Of a stretch of DNA of 63,523 bases, positions 49,624 to 61,327 are shown one piece after another. A program made the translations under genes and the position numbers. This stretch comes from an uncultured Hyphomicrobium sp. (GTDB lineage Bacteria > Pseudomonadota > Alphaproteobacteria > Rhizobiales > Hyphomicrobiaceae): NCBI GenBank assembly GCA_964622715.1, contig CAZURR010000001.1:31495-95017 (forward strand). Direction: 5' to 3'. The notes beneath the pieces were generated by a model, which saw only the letters and a program-made list of their open reading frames with translations, was not told where the DNA came from and did no database searches. Position 1 is the stretch's first letter. The number at the start of each line of letters is the position of its first letter.

Positions 49624-50508
49624 ATGTCCTCTTCTTCCCCACCGAATTTCCTACGCACGCTGTCTGAGCGCAAAATTATCTTGCTCGCTGCTCCAACACT
49701 TCTCGTGCTTGCGGCTCTCTTGGTAATTGGCCGCCAATCCGAGAAAGTACCAGCTCCAGCTCCGGTCGTCGCAGCGGAAGCGGCACAACCTGCAAGCCCG
49801 ACCGCAGCTGCGAAATCCGGTCAATTCGACGTCAATCAGAAGCAGGCAATCGGACAAATCATCAAAGAGTATCTCGTCAAAAACCCTGAGATCTTTGTCG
49901 AGGTGCAGGGCGCGCTAGAAGCTAAGCTCGAGAAGGAGCACGCCGAGAGACTTAAAGTCGCCATCGCAGAAAACGCCGAAAAGATTTTCCGGCAGCCCAA
50001 TGCTGCCGTTGCCGGCGATCCCGACGGCGACATCACAGTGGTGGAGTTCTTCGATTACAACTGCGGTTACTGCAAGCGCGGTTTAGGTGACGTGGTAAAG
50101 CTTGTAGAGTCGGACCCGAAGGTGCGCGTCGTTTTTAAGGATCTGCCCATCTTATCGAAGGGTTCTGAAGAAGCCGCACGCGTCGCGCTCGCCGCAAGGA
50201 AGCAGGGCAAGTACTGGGAGCTACACCGTGCCCTGCTTGCAGCGCGAGGCCAGGCAAATGAAGCGTCGGCTTTAAAGCATGCCGAGGAGCTGGGCCTCGA
50301 TATGGAGCAGCTGAAGGCGGACATGGAGTCGGCCGAAGTGAAAGCCGAAATCGCCCAGTCGGAGATTCTTGCAAAAAAAATGGGGGTTAACGGAACACCT
50401 CACTTCCTCGTCGGTGACCGCTCCGTACCGGGGGCGCCGGAGGACCTCTATGAGCAGCTCTCCACCCACGTCAACGAGCTGCGCAAACAAGGTTGTTCTT
50501 ACTGTTAA
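49624..50508 (+). CDS. DsbA family thiol-disulfide oxidoreductase
   Basis: [14 protein letters not shown] motif, N-terminal TM. Confidence 0.9.
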   Translation: MSSSSPPNFLRTLSERKIILLAAPTLLVLAALLVIGRQSEKVPAPAPVVAAEAAQPASPTAAAKSGQFDVNQKQAIGQIIKEYLVKNPEIFVEVQGALEAKLEKEHAERLKVAIAENAEKIFRQPNAAVAGDPDGDITVVEFFDYNCGYCKRGLGDVVKLVESDPKVRVVFKDLPILSKGSEEAARVALAARKQGKYWELHRALLAARGQANEASALKHAEELGLDMEQLKADMESAEVKAEIAQSEILAKKMGVNGTPHFLVGDRSVPGAPEDLYEQLSTHVNELRKQGCSYC

Positions 50509-50630
50509 TCGGCTCAGATCCGGTCGGCGGCTTGGCCTTTCGCAGGTGCGGGAAAGCTGGTACACGAGTGGTCCCATTCCGCTCCCGGAACACGCCAGCG
50601 TCCGATGTTTTTGGGCGGCAAAAGGAACCC

Positions 50631-51083
50631 ATGGCGAAGCCGATCTACGTCCTAAACGGACCCAACCTCAATTTGCTGGGAAAGCGCGAGCCCGCCATCT
50701 ATGGGCACGCGTCGCTCAATGACGTGCGCGCTCGGGCCGAAGAGCGCGCCAAGGCCGTCGGGCTTGCGATTGATTTTCGCCAGTCCAACGACGAGGGCGA
50801 GCTCGTTGACTGGGTTCAAGAAGCACGCGAAAAAGCATCCGGCATTATCGTTAATGCCGGCGCCTATTCGCACACCTCGATCGCTCTGCTCGATGCGTTG
50901 CAAGCAGCTGAACTGCCAGTCATCGAGGTTCACCTTTCCAATATTTTTCGCCGAGAGACCTATAGGCAGCACTCCTATATTTCGCTGGCGGCAAAGGGCG
51001 TAATCTGCGGCCTGGGCCCCAAGGGCTACGAGCTGGCCCTTGAGGCTATGGCGGAGACACTCGCAGATTTAAGCCGTGGCTAG
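50631..51083 (+). CDS. aroQ: Type II 3-dehydroquinate dehydratase
   Basis: [33 protein letters not shown]. Confidence 0.96.
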   Translation: MAKPIYVLNGPNLNLLGKREPAIYGHASLNDVRARAEERAKAVGLAIDFRQSNDEGELVDWVQEAREKASGIIVNAGAYSHTSIALLDALQAAELPVIEVHLSNIFRRETYRQHSYISLAAKGVICGLGPKGYELALEAMAETLADLSRG

Positions 51084-51606
51084 GAAGGGCTCACGGCCGC
51101 AGGACGAGCCGCAAAAGAAGGGACAGCAACGCATGACGGCCAAGGACAAGGGCGAGGCTTCCGGCGCCGAGCAGCGGTTGATTCGCGAACTCGCCGAGAT
51201 ATTGGACGACACGGGCCTCAGCGAGATCGAGATCGAGAAGAGCGGGCTTAAGATCCGCGTGGCGCGCGAGCTTACCGTCCAGCCGATGGCGGCTGTGGCG
51301 GCTGCACCTGCAGTGGCCGTGCCGCCCCCCGTAGCGGCAATGCCAGCGGCAGGCGCCGATCCGGCCAAGCACCCAGGTGCCGTCAAATCGCCCATGGTCG
51401 GCACGGCCTACCGCGGACCCGAACCAGGAGCGGCCCCTTTCGTGGACATTGGTTCGCGCGTTTCGGAAGGCGACACGCTATTAATTATTGAAGCTATGAA
51501 GACGATGAACCAGATTCCCGCACCAAACTCGGGCAAGGTCACAGCTATCCTCATCGAAAACGGCCAGCCAGTGGAGTTCGGCGAACCACTCGTCATCATC
51601 GAATAG
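51076..51606 (+). CDS. accB: Acetyl-CoA carboxylase biotin carboxyl carrier protein
   Basis: SPMVGT.Y, EAMK; start GTG 51076 or ATG 51133. Confidence 0.95.
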   Translation: MARKGSRPQDEPQKKGQQRMTAKDKGEASGAEQRLIRELAEILDDTGLSEIEIEKSGLKIRVARELTVQPMAAVAAAPAVAVPPPVAAMPAAGADPAKHPGAVKSPMVGTAYRGPEPGAAPFVDIGSRVSEGDTLLIIEAMKTMNQIPAPNSGKVTAILIENGQPVEFGEPLVIIE

Positions 51607-51642
51607 AACCCGCCACCCACGTATCAACGAAACCCGAAATTC

Positions 51643-52983
51643 ATGTTCGACAAGGTCCTGATCGCCAACCGAGGTGAGATTGCACTGCGCATTCAGCGCG
51701 CGTGCAAGGAACTCGGCATTGCGACCGTCGCGGTACACTCCACAGCAGACGCGGATGCGATGCATGTACGCCTCGCCGACGAAAGCGTGTGCATAGGCCC
51801 GCCGTCCGCCACTGAAAGCTATCTGAATATTCCCCGCCTGCTGTCTGCCTGCGAGATCACCGGCGCCGACGCGGTGCATCCCGGTTACGGATTCCTGTCG
51901 GAGAACGCCCGCTTCGCCGAGATCCTGGAGGACCACCAGATCACCTTTATCGGCCCGACCTCGGATCACATCCGCGTCATGGGCGACAAGATCCAGGCCA
52001 AGAAAACCGCCAAGGAACTTGGCATCCCTGTGGTCCCTGGTTCGGACGGCGCGGTGGCGAGCGAACCCGAAGCGATGAAGATCGCTAAGGCCATGGGCTT
52101 CCCCGTATTGATCAAGGCCACTGCGGGTGGTGGCGGTCGCGGCATGAAGGTCGCCCATACGGCGGCCGACTTAGGACTTGCACTTTCGACCGCGCGCGCG
52201 GAAGCCAAGGCCGCGTTCGGCAACGATGCCGTCTACATCGAAAAGTATCTCACCAAGCCTCGCCACATCGAAATTCAGGTGTTCGGCGACGGGCACGGCA
52301 ACGCCATTCATCTGGGCGAGCGCGACTGCTCCTTGCAACGCCGCCATCAGAAGCTTTGGGAAGAAGCGCCCTCACCGGCACTCAACGCTGAGACGCGAGC
52401 AAAAATCGGCGAGACGGTTGCGGTAGCCATGCGCAAGTTAGGCTATCGCGGCGCAGGCACAGTCGAATTCCTTTATGAGGACGGCGAGTTCTACTTTATC
52501 GAGATGAACACGCGCCTTCAGGTCGAACATCCCGTAACAGAAGCCATCACCGGCATTGATCTCGTTTTGGAGCAGATCCGCGTCGCCTCCGGCGCACAGC
52601 TCGTGCACCAGCAAAAGGACATTTCCTTTTCAGGTCATGCCATCGAATGCCGCATCAACGCAGAGAATGCGCGCACCTTCCGCCCCTCGCCGGGCCAGAT
52701 CACCTACTGGCATCCTCCCGGCGGGCTCGGCGTGCGCGTCGATTCCGGCGTTTACCAGGGCTATCGCATCCCCCCCTACTACGACAGCCTAATTGGTAAG
52801 CTGATCGTGCACGGTAAGACGCGCAACGAATGTCTGATGCGACTAAAGCGGGCCTTGTCAGAATTCGTGATTGACGGAATCGAGACGACGATCCCATTGT
52901 TCATCGACTTGATGCTGCAGCCCGATATTGTCAATGGACTTTATGACATTCACTGGCTCGAAAAATATATCGCGAAATCATAG
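51643..52983 (+). CDS. accC: Biotin carboxylase
   Basis: [47 protein letters not shown]. Confidence 0.97.
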   Translation: MFDKVLIANRGEIALRIQRACKELGIATVAVHSTADADAMHVRLADESVCIGPPSATESYLNIPRLLSACEITGADAVHPGYGFLSENARFAEILEDHQITFIGPTSDHIRVMGDKIQAKKTAKELGIPVVPGSDGAVASEPEAMKIAKAMGFPVLIKATAGGGGRGMKVAHTAADLGLALSTARAEAKAAFGNDAVYIEKYLTKPRHIEIQVFGDGHGNAIHLGERDCSLQRRHQKLWEEAPSPALNAETRAKIGETVAVAMRKLGYRGAGTVEFLYEDGEFYFIEMNTRLQVEHPVTEAITGIDLVLEQIRVASGAQLVHQQKDISFSGHAIECRINAENARTFRPSPGQITYWHPPGGLGVRVDSGVYQGYRIPPYYDSLIGKLIVHGKTRNECLMRLKRALSEFVIDGIETTIPLFIDLMLQPDIVNGLYDIHWLEKYIAKS

Positions 52984-53092
52984 ATTCTATAGCAAGCGAG
53001 GTGCCAGGAAACTCTGTCTTGCTTATTCTACCACCGTGCAACGGAGTGTATGCTAGCCTCGAACAGAGACAAAGGTTAGAGTCCACCGTTAC

Positions 53093-53776
53093 ATGGCTTC
53101 GCGCGACGACATCGTTATAGAGATTACGCCGCAGGTCCTGTTGAAGGCCTACACGTGCGGCATCTTTCCCATGGCCGAAAGTGCCGACGACCCCGCGCTC
53201 TATTGGATCGAGCCGCAACACCGCGGCATTCTCCCGCTCAATGCTGTCCATATTCCACGCCGCTTGGCGCGCTCGCTTCGCACAAGCCCTTTCTCGGTTA
53301 AGGTCGACACAGATATCGAAGCGGTGATCGATGGCTGTGCTGCATCACACCCTGGCCGGCGCTCCACATGGATCAATGAACGCATCCGCATTCTCTACCG
53401 GCAGCTGTTCGAGCTGGGCCATTGTCACACAGTCGAAATTTGGGACGGCGAAAAAATTGTCGGCGGCCTCTACGGTGTCGCCCTCAATGGAGCCTTCTTC
53501 GGCGAGAGCATGTTCTCGCGCACACGCGATGCCTCAAAGATCGCGCTGGTCTATCTGGCCGCTCGACTGGCCCAAGGCGGCTTTATTTTACTCGACACGC
53601 AGTTCGTTACCGACCACTTGCGCCAGTTCGGCACGGTGGAGGTGAACCGCGACGAGTTCCACAGTCTACTTGAGCATGCGCTCAAGGTGGACGCAGATTT
53701 CCACGCACTACCCGAAGATGCGAGCGCCGATGACGTGCTCGCCGTCCTTGAATCGGTATCTTCGCGATCTACCTAA
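53093..53776 (+). CDS. aat: Leucyl/phenylalanyl-tRNA-protein transferase
   Basis: [26 protein letters not shown]...DASK, LDTQF.T.HL. Confidence 0.95.
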   Translation: MASRDDIVIEITPQVLLKAYTCGIFPMAESADDPALYWIEPQHRGILPLNAVHIPRRLARSLRTSPFSVKVDTDIEAVIDGCAASHPGRRSTWINERIRILYRQLFELGHCHTVEIWDGEKIVGGLYGVALNGAFFGESMFSRTRDASKIALVYLAARLAQGGFILLDTQFVTDHLRQFGTVEVNRDEFHSLLEHALKVDADFHALPEDASADDVLAVLESVSSRST

Positions 53777-53811
53777 TCTTTTTGTGTGCTGCGACGTCGC
53801 ACCCTACTCGG

Positions 53812-53828
53812 CTGTTCCCGAGGGAACA
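53812..53828. repeat. Palindrome copy 1
   Basis: CTGTTCCCGAGGGAACA; same 17-mer at 54203. Confidence 0.7.
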
Positions 53829-53940
53829 AACCGCGCGCTTGACTGCCCTCAGTTTGCTCATCGAGAGCGGTTCAACCCGGCCGTCCTCTGACTGCGCGCA
53901 CCGGTCGCGCGCAACGCGGCGAGCATAAGGAGCACTCACC

Positions 53941-54189
53941 ATGCACACGGCCCTCAGTAGCACACTCATAGTTGGCGCGACCACCCTATTTGCCTTAATT
54001 GGCACGGCCCAGGCCGCCGATTTCTATAACGGCGGCTACGCATCTCCTCGCTCTTATCTCAACGAAAACCTCAACGGCACCTCCCGTGCGAAAAGCATTA
54101 GAGGATATGGCAACATAAGAACCTCCGTTCGCCGCCTAGTGAGCGGCATCCTCAAAGACGCCGGCGTGAGGTCTGCGACAAGAAGGTAA
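53941..54189 (+). CDS. Small exported hypothetical protein
   Basis: AAGGAG RBS; signal peptide ending AQA. Confidence 0.55.
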   Translation: MHTALSSTLIVGATTLFALIGTAQAADFYNGGYASPRSYLNENLNGTSRAKSIRGYGNIRTSVRRLVSGILKDAGVRSATRR

Positions 54190-54202
54190 ATTGTTGCCTC
54201 CC

Positions 54203-54220
54203 CTGTTCCCGAGGGAACAG
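54203..54220. repeat. Palindrome copy 2
   Basis: CTGTTCCC-GA-GGGAACAG, a perfect 8-bp inverted repeat. Confidence 0.7.
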
Positions 54221-54417
54221 CACAAATCACGCCACATGGTTACCAATGTAACTTGTGAGGCGCCGGACCGACCCAACAGGCGCATTCGCAAAACGAAAGA
54301 TCAGCAGCAGAAGGACCCAGACCTTCACGTTCGGTTTCATACGACTCAACGTCACTCCCGTTCCCGGCCGGGCCTACCACCCCCGTCCCCGTCCCCCCGG
54401 ACCCGGCCGGCACACTG

Positions 54418-54448
54418 CCCTCCAGCCTTCGCGCTGGAGGGTTTTTTT
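54418..54448 (+). terminator. Intrinsic terminator
   Basis: ccctccagc-cttcgc-gctggaggg-T7. Confidence 0.85.
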
Positions 54449-54714
54449 GTGCGCGCAGCTGGACCGCGGCGAGGCGTCCCGGCAGATCGCCTTGGTCTGC
54501 CTTGCGTCCTTCCCGGACAGTCATTTGCAGTGCCCCGCCTTGGCGTACGCCCGGCGTTTTTTTCTCTGCCTGTAACCCAGGAAACAGCGGCGCCTGCCCG
54601 ACCCTGGCACGATCTCCCCATCGAGAGCACGACGGGCCCCACGCTCCCTAATCGCTCTCCCCCGAATTCGACACTCCTGATTGCACTTGTCGCCACTTAC
54701 CTCCTCCCCCACTG

Positions 54715-54750
54715 GCCCCTCGGTTTTCCTCCCCGAGGGGCTTTTTCTTT
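54715..54750 (+). terminator. Intrinsic terminator with a UCCUCC loop
   Basis: gcccctcgg-ttttcctcc-ccgaggggc-tttttcttt. Confidence 0.85.
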
Positions 54751-54871
54751 GCGCAACCCGCCGTGGCTTGCAGCGAGTACTACTCAATCCATCATCTCGG
54801 CATTCATGCGGAGCATGACTTCGTCATGACGACCGGAATGAGGTCCTTGATTGAACAAACTGATTGCCCAC

Positions 54872-56419
54872 TCACTCCCACTCAATGGTCCCGGGCGGCT
54901 TTGAGGTAATGTCATAGACGACGCGATTGATACCCTTCACCTCGTTGATGATGCGCGTCGCCGTCCCGCCCAAAAACTCGTGTGAGAAATCGTAGTAATC
55001 GGCGGTCATGCCATCAGTCGACGTCACCGCGCGCAGCGCGCACACGTAGTCGTACGTGCGCGAATCCCCCATCACGCCCACGGTGCGAACGGGAAGCAGC
55101 ACCGCGAACGCCTGCCAGATCTCATCGTAAAGCCCCGCATTGCGTATCTCGTCGAGATAGATGGCATCGGCCTTGCACAGAATGTCGAGCTTTTCTTCCG
55201 ATACTTCACCAGGCACACGGATTGCTAAGCCTGGCCCCGGGAACGGGTGGCGACTGATGAAGCTTTCGGGCAAGCCCAGCTCACGGCCGAGCGCGCGCAC
55301 CTCATCTTTGAAAAGCTCGCGTAATGGTTCCACCAGCTTCAAGTTCATGCGCTCGGGCAAACCGCCCACGTTGTGGTGTGACTTGATGGTGACTGAAGGA
55401 CCGCCGGTAAACGACACGCTCTCGATCACATCTGGATAGAGCGTACCTTGAGCTAGAAATTCAGCACCGCCGAGTTTGTGCGCTTCCTCGTCAAACACGT
55501 CGATGAACAATCCGCCGATGGTCTTACGCTTTGCTTCGGGATCGCCGACACCGGCAAGCGCCGTTAGGAACCGTTCGCGCGCATCAACGTGAACCAGCGG
55601 GATGTTGTAGTGCCCTCGGAATAACTCGACGACCTCTTTCGCCTCGTTCTGGCGCAACAGACCGTGGTCGACAAAAATGCACGTGAGCTGTTCGCCGATG
55701 GCCTCGTGGATCAAAACCGAGGCCACCGCGGAATCGACGCCGCCCGACAGCCCTGAGATGACACGGCCCTTCCCAACCTGTGCGCGGATTTTTTCCACCT
55801 CGCTGGAGTGAAAGTGCGCCATGGTCCAGTCGCCAGCCAGCCCGGCGATCTTGTGCACGAAATTCGAAATCAAGTCTGCGCCGCGCGGCGTGTGCACCAC
55901 CTCGGGGTGAAACTGCACGCCGTAGAAATGGCGCGTCTCATCCGCGATGGCTGCGAACGGCGCTCCCTTCGATACGCCCACCGCCTTGAAGCCCTCGGGC
56001 AGCTTGGTCACGAGATCGCCGTGGCTCATCCAGACCTGGTCGCGCGTGCCCGTCGGCCACACGCCGTCGAACAGCCGGCAATCATCAACGATCTCTAGCT
56101 CCGCCCTACCAAACTCGCGGTGATGCCCTGCCTCGACGCCGCCGCCGAGTTGGGCGACCATAGCCTGCTCGCCATAGCAGATGCCAAGCACGGGCAAACC
56201 GGCCGTCCACACCCAGTCGGGCGGCAGCGGCGTTCCCGCCTCGGTCACACTTTGCGGTCCGCCAGAAAGGATCAATGCCTTCGGCTTCAGCCGTTCCAGC
56301 GCATCGTGCGCATGGTTGATGGGCACAATCTCCGAATAGACGCCTGCTTCGCGCACGCGCCGTGCAATCAGCTGCGTCACCTGGCTGCCGAAATCGATGA
56401 TGAGGACGGTGTCGGTCAT
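54872..56419 (-). CDS. guaA: GMP synthase (glutamine-hydrolysing)
   Basis: [42 protein letters not shown]. Confidence 0.97.
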   Translation of the reverse strand: MTDTVLIIDFGSQVTQLIARRVREAGVYSEIVPINHAHDALERLKPKALILSGGPQSVTEAGTPLPPDWVWTAGLPVLGICYGEQAMVAQLGGGVEAGHHREFGRAELEIVDDCRLFDGVWPTGTRDQVWMSHGDLVTKLPEGFKAVGVSKGAPFAAIADETRHFYGVQFHPEVVHTPRGADLISNFVHKIAGLAGDWTMAHFHSSEVEKIRAQVGKGRVISGLSGGVDSAVASVLIHEAIGEQLTCIFVDHGLLRQNEAKEVVELFRGHYNIPLVHVDARERFLTALAGVGDPEAKRKTIGGLFIDVFDEEAHKLGGAEFLAQGTLYPDVIESVSFTGGPSVTIKSHHNVGGLPERMNLKLVEPLRELFKDEVRALGRELGLPESFISRHPFPGPGLAIRVPGEVSEEKLDILCKADAIYLDEIRNAGLYDEIWQAFAVLLPVRTVGVMGDSRTYDYVCALRAVTSTDGMTADYYDFSHEFLGGTATRIINEVKGINRVVYDITSKPPGTIEWE

Positions 56420-56599
56420 AGGGTTAAGCGTCCCTGATGGGAATGCCCTGGAATAGGCCCCTTGGCACGATTCTTATGAAATGTCGCTAGCAGCTTCCCG
56501 GCCCAAACCGAGCTTCTTGCGATCGACGAGCCTCGCCTTATAGCGATGACCGCCGGAACTTGGGAGTCGCGGGGATGGGAAACACGGCGCGATACCTGT

Positions 56600-57418
56600 T
56601 CAGGCCACCACGATGCCCATCGAAATCAGCGTGCTTGCGGTCCAGAAGCCAACATAAAACATGAGCCAGTAGCTCGCGTAGTACGACGTCAGCGCCGCGA
56701 CGATGTAAAGGGTTGCCGCCTTCCACAATGGCATTTTCCAGAAACGCCGATGTATGGCGACGAAATATGCCCATAACAGCAACGCAAGCACGACGGACGC
56801 GATCGCCGATACTGAGAGCGATTGCTCAGCCGGCATATTTTCGAATGAGGAGATACCGGTGCCGCCAAATATGCGGCGCACGACGAACTCGTAAACGGCA
56901 TAGAGCGGCATGATGAAGCCGAACGCCAGACAGTACAGCTTGAAGTAAGAGCTAAACGTGCGCCTCTCTTTAGCAAAGTACCTGAACAGCGAAAAGCCTA
57001 AGAGGAAAGTGATGAGCGCGCCGACGTACACGCCGACCTGCGCAAGGATCTTTACGAGCACCTGAAGGCTTGGGCTCATATCAGCGTTCGCAGTGCCCGC
57101 TTGGATGAGGATCGGGATAAACAGCGCGCAAAAGATGGTGATGCCTGCCAGCAAGAACGAGCCATGTTGCCGGTAGGTCGGGTCCTCGGTCAGACGCACT
57201 GTTTGGCAAACCGGAGATTTCAAAATGCGCAAATAGGTCGCTGGAAAGCTTTGGCGGACGCCGCTCGATACCGCGCCGAACAGGCCCAACGCATCTGCAC
57301 GCAGATCAGCGCCGCACGCGCTGCAAAAATTACCGCTCGCAACGGCCCCGCAGTCACCACAAGCGGTTGCGAAATTCGGTTCGGCTTGCGCCGCAGTGCT
57401 TGCTGTCCACGATGTCAT
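56600..57418 (-). CDS. Membrane protein with an N-terminal zinc ribbon (DUF3667-like)
   Basis: CGDCG...FCSACG followed by about five TM segments. Confidence 0.72.
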   Translation of the reverse strand: MTSWTASTAAQAEPNFATACGDCGAVASGNFCSACGADLRADALGLFGAVSSGVRQSFPATYLRILKSPVCQTVRLTEDPTYRQHGSFLLAGITIFCALFIPILIQAGTANADMSPSLQVLVKILAQVGVYVGALITFLLGFSLFRYFAKERRTFSSYFKLYCLAFGFIMPLYAVYEFVVRRIFGGTGISSFENMPAEQSLSVSAIASVVLALLLWAYFVAIHRRFWKMPLWKAATLYIVAALTSYYASYWLMFYVGFWTASTLISMGIVVA

Positions 57419-57474
57419 GGCTGTCCCCCTGCCGGCGCAAAACAACCAAGGCCCCCTCACCCAATGGCTGTGAC

Positions 57475-57927
57475 TCAACCGTTGAGACGCCAGAGCTCAA
57501 AGTTCAACGCCGCCGCATAAGTGATCCACAGAAGATAGGGAATGAACAGCAGTGATGCCGATCGCCGTATCGGCCATGCCACAATAATGAAGGCGAGAAT
57601 GGCGACCCACAATGCGGTAATATCAAACAGCGCGTGCGTGATCATCTTCTGCCCGAACATGATCCAGGACCAGGCCCCGTTGAGCGCGAGCTGCACAAAC
57701 CATATCCCGAGCGCCAGCCCCAGTCCTTGCGCGCGCCACACAATCCAGCCCGCAAACGCAATCATTAGGTAGAGCACAGCCCACGCCGGGCCAAATACCC
57801 AGTCGGGCGGTGTCCATGCCGGTTTGTTCAAGAGCTCGTAGAAGGGGCCTGGCGTAAACTGTCTGCCAAACAGCGCCACGGCGCCAACGAGGACCAGAAA
57901 AAAGATAAGAGCGGTGTATTTCTTCAC
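57475..57927 (-). CDS. tspO: TspO/MBR family tryptophan-rich sensory protein
   Basis: Y..LNKP.WTPP.WVFGP.W..LY, QLALN..WS.I.FG, PYL.W..YA..LN; GTG start. Confidence 0.92.
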   Translation of the reverse strand: MKKYTALIFFLVLVGAVALFGRQFTPGPFYELLNKPAWTPPDWVFGPAWAVLYLMIAFAGWIVWRAQGLGLALGIWFVQLALNGAWSWIMFGQKMITHALFDITALWVAILAFIIVAWPIRRSASLLFIPYLLWITYAAALNFELWRLNG

Positions 57928-58047
57928 GGTGCAGCCTCGATTTTTGGTGCGGCGTAAGCCGTCTTGGTAATGACACTGCTGCCATGGCCAATTGCCACCG
58001 CGCAAGAGGCATCGTGCGGTTTTCCGCTCGCCGTTGCGCGTCGATCC

Positions 58048-59346
58048 TCAATCGCTGCCGCAACGCAGGCGCGCGATGAAAAAACCATCCGCGCCGTGGC
58101 AAGCCGGTGTCAGTTGCAGGGTATCATCGCGCCCGTCAGCCGAGCTTGGCGGCTCGCTGCCGAGGTGTTCCTTCCAAGACTGAGCATAAGGCTCAACTGA
58201 GAAGCCGGGGTGCTCTGTCAGGAACGCGGCCACCTGATCGGCGTTCTCCTCCGACAGAACCGAGCACGTCACGTAGACAAGACAGCCGCCGGGCTTTGTG
58301 AGACTGGCTCCCAGCGCTAGCACCTGCTTCTGTTCGGCTTGGCGTTCACCAATGTTATCGGGCTTCAAGCGCCACTTGGAATCGGGCTTGCGCCGCCACG
58401 TCCCCGATCCCGTGCAGGGTGCATCTATCAATACGACATCAAAGCGCGGGCCAAGCGCTGCGAGCGCGGCTTCGTCGCCCGCCTCCATCACCTGCACGTT
58501 GCGCGCGCCTGCCCGCCGCAAACGCTCGAATATCGGCCGCAACTGACGCTTATCGGCATCGTAAGCATAGATCTGACCCGTGTTCTGCATGGCAGCAGCG
58601 AGCGCCAGCGTCTTGCCGCCCGCGCCAGCACACAGATCGAGCACCTGCATCTTGGGCCCTGCGCCCGCCAACAACGCAGCGATCTGCGAACCCTCGTCCT
58701 GCACCTCAAACCAACCCTTGCCGTGTGCCGCCTCGGCTTCGACGTGGGGTGCGCGCCCTGCACCCTCTGGCGGGGCAACGCGCACGCCAACCGGCGACAA
58801 GGGCGTAGGCTCGACCGAAAACTGCGCCAGCGCCTTCAAGACTTTCTCCCGCGTTGCCTTCAGCGTGTTGACGCGTAGGTCGACTGACGCGCGCGCGCTC
58901 AACGCTGCGCCCTCCTGGCCCGCACGCGACCCAAACACCCGCTCAAGCGATGGCGCTAACCATTCGGGAAAGTCTCCCGCAATATAGGCCGGCGTCCTCT
59001 CTGGTAGCTCGCGCGCCAGCGCCGCCTGTTCGGCTTCGCTCAGCGCCGCAATCGCATACGTCGAGCCATCCGCCGCGGCCGCGACCTCTTCCGGCGCCAT
59101 CGCAAACGCACGGCAAACTGCACCCAGCACAAGCGCCCTTGGCGTATCCGATCCCATCCTTGCGGAAATCGAGTTGCGACGGCGCAGTGCGTCATAAACC
59201 AGCGTGCCGATTGCTGCGCGGTCGCCGGAGCCGGCAAAGCGATGGCCTTTGCCCCAGTCGGACAGCGCCGAGGCCGCCGGGCGATGACGCACCAGTATAT
59301 CTTCGAGAATGTCTTCGCCCGCTTTAAGCCTTGCACCGGTGCGCAT
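58048..59346 (-). CDS. RsmB/NOP family m5C RNA methyltransferase
   Basis: QDEGSQ, DLCAGAGGK, DAPCTGSG.WRR.P, Y.TCS, DGFF. Confidence 0.92.
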   Translation of the reverse strand: MRTGARLKAGEDILEDILVRHRPAASALSDWGKGHRFAGSGDRAAIGTLVYDALRRRNSISARMGSDTPRALVLGAVCRAFAMAPEEVAAAADGSTYAIAALSEAEQAALARELPERTPAYIAGDFPEWLAPSLERVFGSRAGQEGAALSARASVDLRVNTLKATREKVLKALAQFSVEPTPLSPVGVRVAPPEGAGRAPHVEAEAAHGKGWFEVQDEGSQIAALLAGAGPKMQVLDLCAGAGGKTLALAAAMQNTGQIYAYDADKRQLRPIFERLRRAGARNVQVMEAGDEAALAALGPRFDVVLIDAPCTGSGTWRRKPDSKWRLKPDNIGERQAEQKQVLALGASLTKPGGCLVYVTCSVLSEENADQVAAFLTEHPGFSVEPYAQSWKEHLGSEPPSSADGRDDTLQLTPACHGADGFFIARLRCGSD

Positions 59347-59349
59347 GGG

Positions 59350-59775
59350 CTAGGGCCACCCGAAAAGAATGCGTATTGCGAAGATCACCCACATCGCGCC
59401 TAAGATGGTCACGCCCGTCAGCATGGCATAGAAGCGCATTTTGACGTTGTTTGACCCGGTGTGAATGTAGGCGTGCACCAGTCGCGTCGCCACGAATGCC
59501 CACGTTAGCGTCACAAACACTACGCCGGCCAACCGCGTCGTCAGCGCCAGCGCGATCACCACATAAAACAGAATCGGGGTCTCAAGCTGGTTTTGGAAGC
59601 AATTGCCGATCTGCGTTGCGCGCTTGGGCCACACGGGCTCGCGCAAGGAGACGTCGGAAAATTTCACCTCCCCGCTTTTGATCGCCGCCACACGATGGCT
59701 CCACATCCATGACATCAGCACAAACGTGAGCGTGACCTGCACGAACACTGGAATCAGCAAGCTTGCGACTGACAT
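59350..59775 (-). CDS. MAPEG family membrane protein
   Basis: N.FQNQLETP.LFY, W.FVA.R.VH.YIH. Confidence 0.85.
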   Translation of the reverse strand: MSVASLLIPVFVQVTLTFVLMSWMWSHRVAAIKSGEVKFSDVSLREPVWPKRATQIGNCFQNQLETPILFYVVIALALTTRLAGVVFVTLTWAFVATRLVHAYIHTGSNNVKMRFYAMLTGVTILGAMWVIFAIRILFGWP

Positions 59776-59827
59776 GCGGCTCTATCCTCCTTGGCTGCGA
59801 AGTCGGCGACGGCGCGTTACTGCAGGC

Positions 59828-61327
59828 TCACGCGCGGCCGGGATAGTTGGGGGTTTCGCGCGTGATCAGCACGCCGTGCGTATGACTTTCGTGCACGGAG
59901 GCGGACGACACACGCACGAACGTCGCCTTCTCCTGCAATTCGGCCAATGTGCGCGCACCCAGATACCCCATGCCCGCACGCAAACCGCCCAGCAACTGAT
60001 GCACAACCGCGTCGGCCGGCCCCTTATAGGCCACCTGCCCCTCGATGCCCTCCGGCACCAGCTTCAGCGTATCCTTCACCTCTTGCTGGAAGTAGCGGTC
60101 CGCTGAGCCGCGCGCCATGGCGCCAATCGAGCCCATGCCGCGATACGCCTTATAGGTGCGCCCCTGATAGAGATAGGTCTCGCCGGGCGCCTCATCGGTG
60201 CCCGCCAATAGCGAGCCGATCATCACGCACGATGCCCCGGCCGCGATCGCCTTGGGGATATCGCCGGAATAGCGAATGCCGCCGTCGGCGATAATGGGCA
60301 CACCGTGCTTGGCCGCCTCGTTCGCGCATTCCATGACGGCTGTTAACTGCGGCACGCCCACACCGGCAACAATACGCGTGGTGCAAATCGACCCCGGCCC
60401 AATCCCCACCTTCACCGCGTCCGCGCCGCAATCGATGAGCGCCTTGGTCGCCTCTCCCGTCGCAACGTTGCCGGCAATCACCTGCACCCGGTTCGACTGC
60501 TTCTTGATGCGCGACACCGCCTCCAGCACCCGGCTCGAATGCCCATGCGCGGTATCGACCACGATCAGATCGCAACCCGCCGCCATCAACAGCTCGGTGC
60601 GCTCAAACCCCTCCTCGCCCACCGTCGTCGCCGCCGCCACGCGCAAGCGGCCTTCCCCATCCTTGCACGCGTGCGGGTGCTTGCGCGCCTTCTCGATGTC
60701 CTTCACCGTGATGAGCCCAACGCAGTGGAACCCCTCATCCACCACCACAAGCTTTTCGATGCGGTGCTGGTGCAGGAGCCGGCGCGCGTCCTCTTGGCTG
60801 ACGTCGCGCGGCACCGTGACCAGCTTCTCCTTGGTCATCAGCTCGGAGACCGGCTGCGCCTCGTTGGTGGCAAAGCGCACGTCGCGGTTGGTGATAATGC
60901 CGACAAGCCGCCCCTTGCTAGCGCCGTTATGCGGCGGCTCGACCACGGGAATGCCGGAGATCTCATTATCGACCATGAGTTGCAGCGCCTCGCGCAGCGT
61001 GGCCGTCGGGTAGATCGTCACGGGATTGAGGACAATGCCGGATTCGTACTTCTTCACCTGCGCCACATGGCGAGCCTGCTCCTGCGGCTCCAGGTTACGG
61101 TGGATGACGCCGACCCCGCCGGCCTGCGCAATGGCGATGGCCAGGCGGGCCTCCGTCACCGTGTCCATGGCAGACGAGACGATGGGAATATTGAGCTTGA
61201 TCGACTTGGTGATGTGCGTAGAGACGTCGGCATCGCCGGGCATGACGGACGAGGCCGCGGGCACCAGCAGGACGTCATCGAAGGTCAGGGCTAGCCCAGC
61301 ATTCTTAACGGTCGGGCTTTGGGCCAT
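59828..61327 (-). CDS. guaB: IMP dehydrogenase
   Basis: [20 protein letters not shown] pair, [21 protein letters not shown]. Confidence 0.97.
   Translation of the reverse strand: MAQSPTVKNAGLALTFDDVLLVPAASSVMPGDADVSTHITKSIKLNIPIVSSAMDTVTEARLAIAIAQAGGVGVIHRNLEPQEQARHVAQVKKYESGIVLNPVTIYPTATLREALQLMVDNEISGIPVVEPPHNGASKGRLVGIITNRDVRFATNEAQPVSELMTKEKLVTVPRDVSQEDARRLLHQHRIEKLVVVDEGFHCVGLITVKDIEKARKHPHACKDGEGRLRVAAATTVGEEGFERTELLMAAGCDLIVVDTAHGHSSRVLEAVSRIKKQSNRVQVIAGNVATGEATKALIDCGADAVKVGIGPGSICTTRIVAGVGVPQLTAVMECANEAAKHGVPIIADGGIRYSGDIPKAIAAGASCVMIGSLLAGTDEAPGETYLYQGRTYKAYRGMGSIGAMARGSADRYFQQEVKDTLKLVPEGIEGQVAYKGPADAVVHQLLGGLRAGMGYLGARTLAELQEKATFVRVSSASVHESHTHGVLITRETPNYPGRA

Larger units (their letters stand above)
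54350..54750 (+). ncRNA. Candidate tandem cluster of about three sRNAs with C-rich/CCUCC loops
   Basis: Three plus-strand hairpin+U-tract ends (54418-54448, 54536-54563, 54715-54750); C-rich loops; exact CCTCCTCCC at 54700-54708; no credible CDS. Confidence 0.55.

Noticed and set aside
54191-54829. 212-aa Pro-rich ORF and antisense ORFs
   Set aside because: They cross three terminator-like structures and their composition simply reflects C-runs; a non-coding reading fits better
56462-56477. TGGCACGATTCTTAT as a sigma54 promoter
   Set aside because: Lacks the -12 GC, and there is no plus-strand gene downstream
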